Below, in pieces: positions 13,138-24,229 of a stretch of 60,142 nt of DNA. The notes beneath the pieces are model-generated. The model was not told the origin of the DNA. It ran no database searches and worked only from the letters and a program-made list of their open reading frames with translations. Source of the DNA: Nemertoderma westbladi (lineage: Eukaryota > Animalia > Xenacoelomorpha). The stretch covers positions 1 through 60,142 of the forward strand of contig JAUCBJ010000180.1 in assembly GCA_032718475.1 (NCBI GenBank). Direction: 5' to 3'. How positions within the stretch are numbered: the stretch's first letter is position 1; each line of letters starts with the position of its first letter. The position numbers and the translations under genes were made by a program.

Positions 13138-13990
13138 CTGTAATAATATGCCGGTCATCTTTACAGAAATCGACAGCACCGATGCGGCTCCCAGTTCCTT
13201 CAATACGGTTGATAACCTCCCCAGTTACAGAATTTAGAATATAAATCAACCCGGTGTTCCACCCAACAGCAGCGATTCTGGATCTGTTAGGACTCAATAC
13301 GATCCCCCGGACCCCAGGAGTTGCTTCTTGTCTCCACGACTCCCCTGTACCAACAACGAAGCAATGGATCCCTCCTCCCTCATCTACCGACACCACTGAC
13401 TCCCCATCCGGACCCCAACCCAGACTGTAGACCCACCCATTGTGCCCCCGGTATTGGTACAACATCTCCCAGGTTTCGGTCACCCAAACTTTTACTGTTC
13501 CATCACTCGAACCGCTGGCCAACCGGGACCCGTTCGAGTCGAACCGAATACAGTTAACCAACCCAGAATGCCCCACCCAGTTCGTTACCTTATATTTCCT
13601 CCCAGTTATTGATATAATATAAATCCCCCCGTCGGACCCACAAGTTGCAATGACGTCCCGGTTGGAGGGATTTATATCTATTCCCAACCTATATTCATAC
13701 TCCCCCCCACCAACCACTAACTCCCTCCACGGTACCTCCACTACGACCCTCCAACCGGTCGCTTCCCGCTCCCAGACAGTCACCGACCCCCCCACCACCC
13801 CGGTTCCCGAGGCAACGCGGTTCCCGTCCGTAGAAACCGCAACTCTAATATAACTGGTAGAACCTCCGGATCCCGGTAGATATTCCTTTTCGTAGAGAGT
13901 CGATGAGTTTATGATACAGGGGAGGTTGCGAGAAACAAAGACAACCTCCTCGGTACCCGGGATCGTTTTGAGTTCCACGATCGCCGCCAT
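13138..13990 (-). CDS. WD40-repeat coding exon, probable first coding exon of the WD40-ROCO-CARD gene
   Basis: WD40 repeats GHSGLVNCIRFDSNGSRLASGSSDGTVKVW and GHNGWVYSLGWGPDG. Acceptor TTTTATCTTTTAG ends at ~14011, upstream of the ATG. Phase-1 donor ACAG|GTAATT at 13138/13137. Confidence 0.85.
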
Positions 13991-14317
13991 TGTTAGGGGG
14001 ATTATTGAATCTAAAAGATAAAATAAAGTAAATTGCCGCTAAATTGCTAAAGTACTAATAAGTATTACAGCGCTAGTAATTGTTATTAGATAGTCAGCGT
14101 AGCCAGTAATTATTTACTAACTGTTTTTATTTATTCGGTTTGTATAAATGATCAATATAATATTTAATTTATTTTTAATGTTCCAGTAAAACAAAGTGTT
14201 CTAGAACCTTAATTGATAACGAAATTGTTCTTGGAGATTAAAAAGTAGCGACAACTAGTTAGTTTAAATAATTTATGTTTTTTTAAATAAAATGTTCTAG
14301 AACAAAATAAATATGTT

Positions 14318-16285
14318 TGTTTGCGGTATTTCAACTTTTCATAACGCGAGTTGAATATTTTTTGTATTTATTTAAAATGATTATTCCGATATCACTACTG
14401 GGTGCGGGACCATGGGTTTTGGGGACATTCAATGGACTGGGGGCGATTTATGGGCGAACATTGGGGCGACTTACAGGGTACGGGACTAATTTCATGTTTA
14501 TAAGGGCCAGGGGTGGGAGGAAAAGTTAAGCAGTATTCAGGTTAGCCTGAGTACTATTAGGCCCTGGCCAACTTCCTGCTGCCTGTAGAGGTGGATTTGG
14601 TAACGCGCCAGGCCTAAAGGACAAGGACTGCCCTTAGCGGTCCCTGGCCAACAGCAGTTATTACGAGCCTGAAAAGGACATCGGAAAGTCTGCTGCTGGT
14701 GTCAGGGATTTGCGACGGGAAACGACAGCCCCCTTAGCCAAGCCGTACTGGTTCTTGATGATCGTTCCCTTTGGGGTTCGTGAGGGGTGGGACGGACATT
14801 CGACAGGGTCGGCCGACTAACAGAGGAAGGGTTTGACGAGGACTGCCCTTAGCGGTCTCTGGTCAACAGCAGTTATTACGAGCCTGAAAAGGACATTGGA
14901 AAGTCTGCTGCTTGTGCCAGTGATTTGCGACGGGAACCGACGACAGACCCCTTAGCCAAGCCATACTGGTTCTCGATGTTCGTTCCCTTTGGGGTTCGTG
15001 AGGGGTGGGACGGACACGCGATGGGGTCGAAAGACAAAGGACTGGACTCTACTGGCCTACCGACTGTTCGGAGCAGTTTCTCGGCTGCCGAAGCGACTAC
15101 GAGCCTGAATAAGGACTCGGAAAGCCTAGGTGGTTGGGTCTCTGCGATGAACCGACGGACCCCTAGCCAAGCCGTACTGGTTCTCGATGATCGATCCCTT
15201 CGGGGATCGGGAGGGGTGGGACGGACACGCGAACGGGTCCACCGACATGACAGACTCCTAGCCAAGCCGTACTGGTTCTCGATGATCGATCCCTTCGGGG
15301 TTCGGGAGGGGTGGGACGGACACGCAACAGGGTCGACCGACACCGACACTACGGCACCAAGACTAGGACCGAGGGAAAATCTGGGGAACATTAGTTAGGC
15401 TAAAATCTGAGCGAACAGTGGGTAATTAAATAATATACTATAGGGATTTATATTGTCGTGTATAATTATTGTGAATATTTGGTGTATATTGATTTGGGGA
15501 AGCCCAAAATTATTCTCAATCAGGATTGTAACAAGGTTCAGTGAGATTAGCTCAAGGTTCAACTGTAGGGAAGTTACATTAAAGAGTATATCCAACCAAT
15601 GCAGCTTTTCCTCAACCGCAATCTTGCATTTAGGAAATTATTCCTTCTCCACAATCAATATCCGGTGACTGGCCGGGATTCCGTGGTCTGAAAAATTCCG
15701 CCTCCAGCATCGGCGTTTTCCCCCATGGTGTTGGGATAACGGCAACAAAATTGAGAATAATTCGCGGCCAACTTCAACTGGTGGAAGTTGGGAATCCTAC
15801 AATACTCTTCAAACTCTCTCAGTGCTTACCCAGCACCCACTACGAGGAAACTCTGGTATTTGAGTTAAGACAAAGCCGTGGTTTAATTAATCAACAAACT
15901 CGATCTCACCAACTCGTAGTCGGCAGATCCCATATTTGGAGAGTTGTTAACAGGGAATGGAAGTATCGATCACACCCATTGATATAATCCAAGTTGAGCC
16001 AGGAATCTGGCACTTCGAGGTGGAAGTACAAGGAACGAACGTCGGACGATTTAGGATTACCCTTCGGGTAGTCCAGGCTGAGTACAATACCTACGAGGAA
16101 TTATTTTACGACATCGCACATCTAGCTATCAACGAGGCGCTAGAATGACGACGAATAACGTATCCGATACCGATGAGATGGACCACCACACAGACTTGGA
16201 AGTCGACAAGGTACCGAACGTCAAGAACATGGCCCGTCGACTAGGTGCTCTCAAAGGCGGAGTCACTCGAGCATATCAACGTATA
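14318..16285 (+). repeat. Element 1 left repeat: 5' LTR, leader and gag start; true LTR end uncertain (candidates 15417, 15725, 15747)
   Basis: Near-identical to 27023..28983 (I found 2 substitutions and one 7-bp indel). TATA-like TTTATAAG at ~14498. Internal ~90-bp repeats. Confidence 0.9.
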
Positions 16286-19200
16286 GAGAGACAACTCAAG
16301 GGAGTCGAAACCCCCTCAACGAGATACAAACTCAGCTTCAGAATATCCGAAGTATCTTACAACGATATGAGAGAATGATACAGGCGTACCAAGAACTCAT
16401 CCCCGCCACCGACCAGGTGAACTACCCCAAATTGGAAGAACACGTTGCACGTCTAGATGAATTCTGCAAACAACACCGGAGGACCCTCAGCCTCGTGAGA
16501 GGCTACGAGGAACAGTACTACAAGAGAGGTGATAGAACAGACGCAGAATCAGTGCGAACCTCCAACACCAGGACCACAATTCATCGAAAGAGAACGGGGT
16601 CCTCAAGACACCAGCACTCCAGCGCTAGGAGCGAGATATCCGGCTCAGCGCGCAATTCTCAAGGGGGACATCCACTCTGAGATCAGCTACGAGAACAGAA
16701 GGCATTGGCCCTCAAAGCTCGGATGGAAGATGAGTATGTTCAACTGCGAACCGAGCAAGATGTATTAGCCGCCGAAATGCAAAAACGAGAGGCCGAACAA
16801 GCGGCCGAACGGCAGGTCGAACAACGCGAACAGGAGGCTGAACAACATAGACGAGAGGCCGAACGGCAGGCCAAACAACGTGAACAGGAAGCTGAACAAC
16901 ATAGACGAGAGGCCGAACGGCAGGCCGAACAACGTGAACAGGAAGCTGAACAACGTGGACGAGAGGCCAAACAAGAGATCGAACAACGTAAATGGGAAGC
17001 AGAAATGCGTAAACAACACGCCGAGGCCCAAGCGATTCTTATCCACAAAAAGAATGCGGATATTGCGAAACTCGCGGAATATGAAGCCGCACTTATAGAA
17101 CGAGATATTCAAATATACGAGGACTGGGAACGGGATATAGATCAGAACTATGAACCAATACCGATACCAGAATTAGAGAAGTCATTAACGACACCGACGG
17201 TGAAACTCCCGAAACCCAAGTTCCCGCCTACCATACAGTCTACATTATCGGCACAAGCACCAGTGTTCCATCCCCCACAGGTTACGCCTAAGAATGAAGA
17301 ACCTTACTCCCCATCCAACCCCATGGTACCGGGTGTACCCAAGTACGAGCCTGAAAGGGACTCGGAACGGGACTCCACCCCTCGATCCAACAACCCGTTT
17401 ATATCCACACCACAAATCCGTAGCCGTGTCATCATTAAAACTCCACCTATCCCCGATCCATCGTGTATGGGAGAGAGTGCCAATAGCTATAACCCTCCTA
17501 GTCATTCCGGTTCAGACGACGTCAGTATCATCCGGGCATTAGAGAACCGACTGGCCATGCCCAAGATGGAGATCCGCACCTTCGAAGGTTACCTCATCGA
17601 TTACCTCAGATTCAAGAAACGATTCTTTGCGCAGATTGGATCAACGGACATAGCTGACGCACAGAAACTGGTATATTTATCATAATACCTGGGTGACAAA
17701 CCACGCCAAATTATCGCATGCTTTGAGGGAGGAGCTCATGAGGCATACTATGACACATGGAAGACTCTAGATAAAAGAAAATGGAAAAACGGAAATATCG
17801 GGACTATAATTAATAAAATTCTCGAGAAACTGATACAGGACGCAGGATCCCTAGGGGACCCACAGAATATCCAGGAATTCTCCGATTCCATGAAGGATGC
17901 CTACTACACTCTAAAACCATTAAATAAGGAGGAACAAGTAAACAACATTCTAAACCTCCGACAGATCGCCCGGAAGTTCCCCGGATGGTTGCAAAGTAAG
18001 TGGGCCTATAAATGCGTAGATCTCCGGCGCAGACAGCCAGATCGAGATCCCAGCTTCCTTGAAATGTCGGCATTCCTGGACGATATCTCCGAAGCCATGA
18101 ATGACTCGATGTTCTCGAAACAAAGTCTCGCCAAGTTAGACGGAATAGAGAGCAACTCCAGGAGTAAGACACCCACTCAGAAACCGAGATTCCGTCCCCC
18201 TCCAGTGAGTACGATAGCTATCACCATGGCCGAGGATTCCGACGACGAAGATTACGAGGAACCGACGTCAGCCGAGGAATGGGCGTGTTATCTCGCGAAT
18301 TGGGCACCCGAGAGGGAAGGCATCACAAACTCCCTCCTCTGTCTCTTCTGTGGAGAGAAACATAAAGTGGAATTCTGCAGGAAGTTCCAGTTTGCCGAAC
18401 TAGTCCCACGCTTCGAGGCGATTATGAAACACCGAGGATGCTTGCGGTGTCTTGGAACAGGTCACTATGTTCGGGATTGCAAACAAAGATCGTGCTGTGC
18501 AGTCTGTAACGACCTACGTCATCACACGCTCCTCCATATCCCCGCTAACTTTGACTTCACTACCCTCCCCCTTCGGATTGAAGCCAAGCGAAAAGGAGAA
18601 ACGAACCATGTTTCTAAAGGAACCCGGACAACCCAACGGAGAGAAACCATCCCGATTAAAACCTCCACTAACGCATCACAAGTGACAAACATCTCAGCCA
18701 CGATCAACCTTATAAATCACCGTTACATGGTCTTCGCCAAAGTAATCCCAGTAAGAATTCAAGGGGTCGGCAAATCCTTGACGACGCTCGCGTTCCTTGA
18801 TAACGGGTCGGACGGAACCATCATCAACCTGGATTTCCTCGAACAACTCGGCATAGACTATGAACCTTGCAAACGGCCCATACAAACTATCACCGACCAC
18901 AGAGAGGTAGAATCCGGGGAGGTGCAGCTCCAGATGGAAGGAGTAATGAAGGGCTACGAGACGGTTAAGCTGACCATCAAGAACGCCTTGATACACACAG
19001 ACCTCCGAGTGCGGTTCCGACAATCAGCCGAGTACGCCCCCCTCATACAGTTGGACCGAGACGATGTAGACCTAAGGTGCCCGCCGTTGGATGTAAACCG
19101 TATCACCCTACTGATCGGACTTGATACACCGGAATTACACATACCCACCGGAGACGTCGCCCGATCTATAAAGCAGGATGACGGCTTCTACGCTGAATGA

Positions 19201-22200
19201 ACAATAATGGGATGGACACTCTGCGGCATCAAGGAAGAGACTACTGACACCTATACATACCTTCCAAAATGTCAGATTAAAGAGAATGCAACATCCGTGG
19301 GTTATTGCTCAGCTACAGACATTGACGAGGATTTGTTTCTTGAGACCGAGAAAACCCAGCAAGAGATGACTAAATACTTTAATCTAGAGACCCAAGAGTT
19401 CGCTGAAAAGGACGAAAACCTGTCCGAGGAGGATCAATATTGTATGGACGTCCTTGACCAGGCCACGTTCAAAGATGGACACTGGTGTTCACCCATGTTA
19501 TGGAAGGACCCAAATAAACCAATGGCGAATAACGCCAACATGGCCCTTAGGCGACTTAAGGGGATCCTACGCCGGCTGAATGACCAACCCGAGATAAAGG
19601 AGAAATATAATACTGTAATCAAAGGATATCTCGAAGATGGATTAGCAGAAATGGTACCCCGGAATGAACTGCAAGGGGGTAAAAGAACATATTATCTTCC
19701 AACCCACTATGTGGTAGAAGCCCGGAAGGGTGGTAAAATCCGAGTAGTCAATGATGCCGCCGCTATGTATCAAGGCGAATCCCTGAACAGCCAGCTTTAC
19801 ACGGGGCCCAACATATACAGTACACTCATTGGCGTGTTGATCAGGTTCAGGGGAAACCGGATAGCATTCACCTGCGACATCAAAGCCATGTTTCACCAGG
19901 TCCGTATGCTACCAAGAGACTCAGACTGTCTACGTATACTATGGACGGATAAAACATTAACTCAACAGGAGATTAGTCAACTTACAATGAAGGATGTAGA
20001 CGTAATGCGCATGATCGTCAGGATCTTCGGCGCTAAGGACTCACCGGTAGCATGTAGTGACATGCTAAATAAAACGGCAACTATGTGCGAAAACGAGTTT
20101 CCTCCAACCGTCATAGAAACCATCCGACGATGCTTCTACGTGGACGACGGATGTGCCGGCGCAGATAATGTCGACGAGGCATATCGGCTAGCAATGGGGA
20201 TAGTAGAATGTTTAAAGAAAGGAGGTTTTCCGCTCGTGAAGTTCAGATCCCACGACAAGAAACTTACGGAAAAGTTTCCGGAGGAAATCCGACTGGACAA
20301 CAACAAAATGTATTCCGAGGATGCGGAACACCGTGTACTCGGTATTGAATGGGATATAGAATCAGACGAATTCATTTTCAAATATAACCCCCTACCCAAG
20401 CCTATGACGAAAAGGGGATGTTTGTCGATAAAAAGCGCAATATTCGACCCACTAAATTTCATATCTCCGGTAACCTTGGCCGGAATGAATCTAATTATGG
20501 AAATGTGGATAGAAGGACTGGGATGGGATGAAGAACTCCCCCCACACCGCAGTATCAAATGGAGAAAATGGACGGAACAGTTCGAACACCTACATCTTAT
20601 GCAGATCCCTCGACCGTTCTTCCTCGATAAACTACCCACCGATATCTTCCAGCTCCATACATTCTCGGATGCTTCGAATACCGGAATCGGCGTAGTTACC
20701 TTCTTAAGAAGACTAAGCAACGATGGAAACGGCAATACAAGCTTCTTATTTTCTAAAGCTAAGACAGTATCCGGGGAATTCGTAGCAACGATTCCAAGAC
20801 TTGAGCTACAGGCTGCAGTTTGGGCAGTGAGACAGAACCGCATGGTCATGCGGAACCTACGAATCCCCATCGAATCCCAACACTTCTGGGTCGATTCGAG
20901 TATCGTCCTCTACTATCTCCACTCTCCATCACGGCGTCACACCACGTTTGTAGCGAACCGAGCCACGGAGATAAAACAGTGTACCGGCCGAGAACAGTGG
21001 CACGACGTGAACGGGAAAGAAAATCCAGCGGACTTATCTAGCCGAGGCGCCACCCCAAAACAACTCGGTAAGAGTAAACTCTGGCTTACAGGCCCGGAAT
21101 TCCTATAACAGCCACAATTAACATGGAGTACCCGATTCGATCCCGAACTCGATAGCGGAAAATACTCCAAGGACGACAAAGAGATCCGTAAAGTCCATAG
21201 AAGCAACGCAGTGGAAATTTATAGTTGTCTGACCGAGCCTGCAAAGGACTCGGGCAGGCACTATAGCGTCGCGACGATCACTCAACCAGCGGCGTCTTTA
21301 CATCTGTTGATAGAGCGAACTTCATCAATGAGACGGCTCGTCCACCACGTTATAACCCTTCGCAACTTCCTACAGTGGAAAGACAACAAGCCGATAGTTC
21401 AACGGAGTATACAAGAACTCATTATCGCGGAGAATTGTATTGTTGGATATGTCCAGAGAGAAAGTTTCCCCGATGAGTGGGAACAACTCAGTGCGGGCAA
21501 GATCTTGAAACTGGACAGCCCAGTCTACCAACTGAGACCAATGATGGGAGAGGACGGACTGATCCGACTGAATACCCGGATGGCAAACGCCCCGGTTGAA
21601 TATGAGGTTAAATACCCGGCACTTCTGCCCGGAACATCGACACTAGCCAAGCTATTAATTCAACAGTGTCACGAGGAAAACCATCACGCAGGACAGAATT
21701 GGACTATAGCTAATATAAGACAAAGATATTGGATCACCCACATCCAACCACTGATCCGGAAAGTGTTGAAACGTTGCTTTCCCTGCAGAAGATATCTAGC
21801 GCCACTACTCACACAAAAGATGGCAGACTTACCAGCCACACGTCTACTGTCTGATTCCCCCCCGTTCTACGTCACCGGAGTGGACTGTTTCGGACCGTTT
21901 ACGGTCATCAAACGACGATCCAACATCAAATGCTGGGGAGCCATCTTTACCTGCCTTAGGTCTAGGGCGATCTACCTAGACATTGTGGTGAACCTTATGC
22001 AACACGCATTCATCAACGCCCTGCGTCGCTTCGTGGCGAACAACGGGACATGTCGTCATATGTACTCCGATAATGGCACAAACTTTGTGGGAGGAGAAAG
22101 ACAACTTAGGGAGGCGATTGAGGGATGGTTTACCGAGGACACCACATCCCAAGTCTGGAGGGACCACCACATACAGTGGCACTTCCAAACACCCTTAGCA

Positions 22201-22968
22201 CCCCATACGAGCGGGGTATGGGAGAAGCTGATCGACTTAGTAAAACGATCCATGCGCACCGCATTAGGAGACACCCAGGTAACCCACGACACCCTCCGCA
22301 CAACATTCTGCGAGATCACGGCTACCCTGAACAACCGGCCCATTGTCCCTATCCGCGACGACCCCACAGACCTGGAGCCCCTCACTCCCAACCACCTACT
22401 GGGAAGACCTAAATCCCATATTCTCCCAGAGACAATGTTTCCGGATCCCAACGATATCGCGAGACATACAAATTGGAAGAAGGCCCAAGCGTTGGCAGCG
22501 CATTGGTGGAGAATCTGGGCCCAGGAGTATCTCATAACCCTCCGAACCAGGAGGAAGTGGAACAACACCTACAGGAACGTCGCAGTTGGCGACATGGTAC
22601 TAGTGAAAGAAGATCTTAAAGACCGCGTCCACTGGCCTGTGGCGCGAGTCGTGACAATACACCCGAGCAAAGACGGACTTGGGAGGACTGTGACGATACG
22701 AACGGCAAAGGGCCACTACCAACGCCCTATCCAGAGGCTGTGCCTTCTTGAAGGCAATGCCAGTGGTGACTCTACGAGAGGTGATAATTCCCCTACTCCG
22801 GATCCTGCTGCAGACATTGGTGACAATTATAAAAAGGGCCACTACCAACGCCCAATCCAGAGGCTGTGCATTCTTGAAGGCAATGACAGCGGTGACTCTA
22901 CGAGAGGTGATAAGTTCCCTACTCAGGATCCTGCTGCGGACATTGGTGACAATGATAAACCCGTTTAA
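16145..22968 (+). pseudogene. BEL/Pao gag-pol polyprotein with one frameshift and several in-frame stops
   Basis: Coiled coil; capsid-like LAMPKMEIRTFEG; knuckles CLFCGEKHKVEFC, CLRCLGTGHYVRDC, CAVCNDLRHHTLLH; protease FLDNGS; RT YLPTHYV..KIRVVNDA and FYVDD; RNase H FSDAS, TIPRLELQAA, NPADLSSRG; integrase HHCC, GVDCFGP, SDNGTNF, GVWE. Stops at 16678, 17683, 19198, 21106. Confidence 0.95.
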
Positions 22969-24229
22969 ACCCTTCTCATCCTGTTGACAAACTCTTAAAC
23001 TGTGATTTATTGACAATGAAAATGGACCCCCCTTTAAACAACTGTAACCACGCAATGGTATTTGTGTTTCCTCGTGTGTTATGTGGAGTTCAGCGTCACC
23101 CCGCAGATGTTTCGACTGACGCAGGGTCGTTTATGTATTGTTTACCCTGATTTTGGTCATCGGGACCAACGATATTGGATTATTGGAAATAGTAAAGATT
23201 TAAAGTGGAATTCATTGTATCCATTGTATTATGCTATGTTGTCCGTTGCGTGCGCAGTTCGGGGCGTAGGCGGTGTAACTAGTCCAGCTGTAGATCCCGG
23301 ATTGCCGCGCAACACCCCCTCTATCCCGTTATTCTGGTGGGTCCATGGTGCATCCACATGACTTCGACGATAGAGGTTTTATGTTTCTCAGTCGCGTTAT
23401 TCTGGTGGGACTGTTGCGTGGATTTTGGGGCGTAGGCGGTGTAACTAGTCCAGCAGCTGTAGATCCCAGAATGTTGCGTAACCCCATCCCACATGACTTC
23501 GTCGGCTGAGCTTTATGTTGTTGGGAGTGTTATTCTGGTGGGTCCCTGGTGCATTCCATGTGACTTCATTCCCAGCGTCTTCATTGTCCGTTACGTGCGC
23601 AGTTTGGGGCGTAGGCGGTGTAACTAGCCCAGCTGTAGATCCCAGATTGCCGTGTAACACCCCTTCCACAACGAAAATTTTCCAAAGAAGATGATTGAAT
23701 GTAGTTGGAAAAGATGAAAAGAAACAGACGACATTACTATAAACCAAATGATGACGCATATGATGATGAAAATGTAATGATGCGCACCCTGGTGCTGCGC
23801 TTATAACAAATGATGATAGCCGGGGGGCTATAAACCCAATGATGATAATTGAAATAAATAAAATGTGAAATAAATGTGAAATAAAGATGAGATGGTGGAA
23901 CTAAATGATGAAATATATGTTGAAATAAAAGAAATATGAAATGAAATAATAATGAGAAATAAAAAAGAAAAAAAATGTATAAAACGTATAAAGAAAAGAA
24001 TTGGAAAAAGAAGAGGACATAAAAAGTCAAAACTGGTTGGATATTAATGTATAGCTATAGTAACTGTAAATGCTGAATGTATTAGCAATAAGATGGTAGA
24101 TGCCTATATAGCAATGTTATTTAATAAACTGAATTACAAATAAACTGAATTATTCTGCAATCACTATAGTTTCAGACTTTCTGGACTTATAATTAACTGA
24201 TGTAATTTGCAACGGACATAATCGTAAAT

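Noticed and set aside
14697-14710. TGGTGTCAGGGATT as a tRNA-Leu PBS
   Set aside because: Not preceded by CA, lies within an internal repeat whose sister copy lacks it, and the direct repeat continues far beyond it.
14876-15668. ORFs inside the element 1 LTR, and their copies at 27581-28373
   Set aside because: They overlap internal LTR repeats on both strands and have no recognisable motifs.
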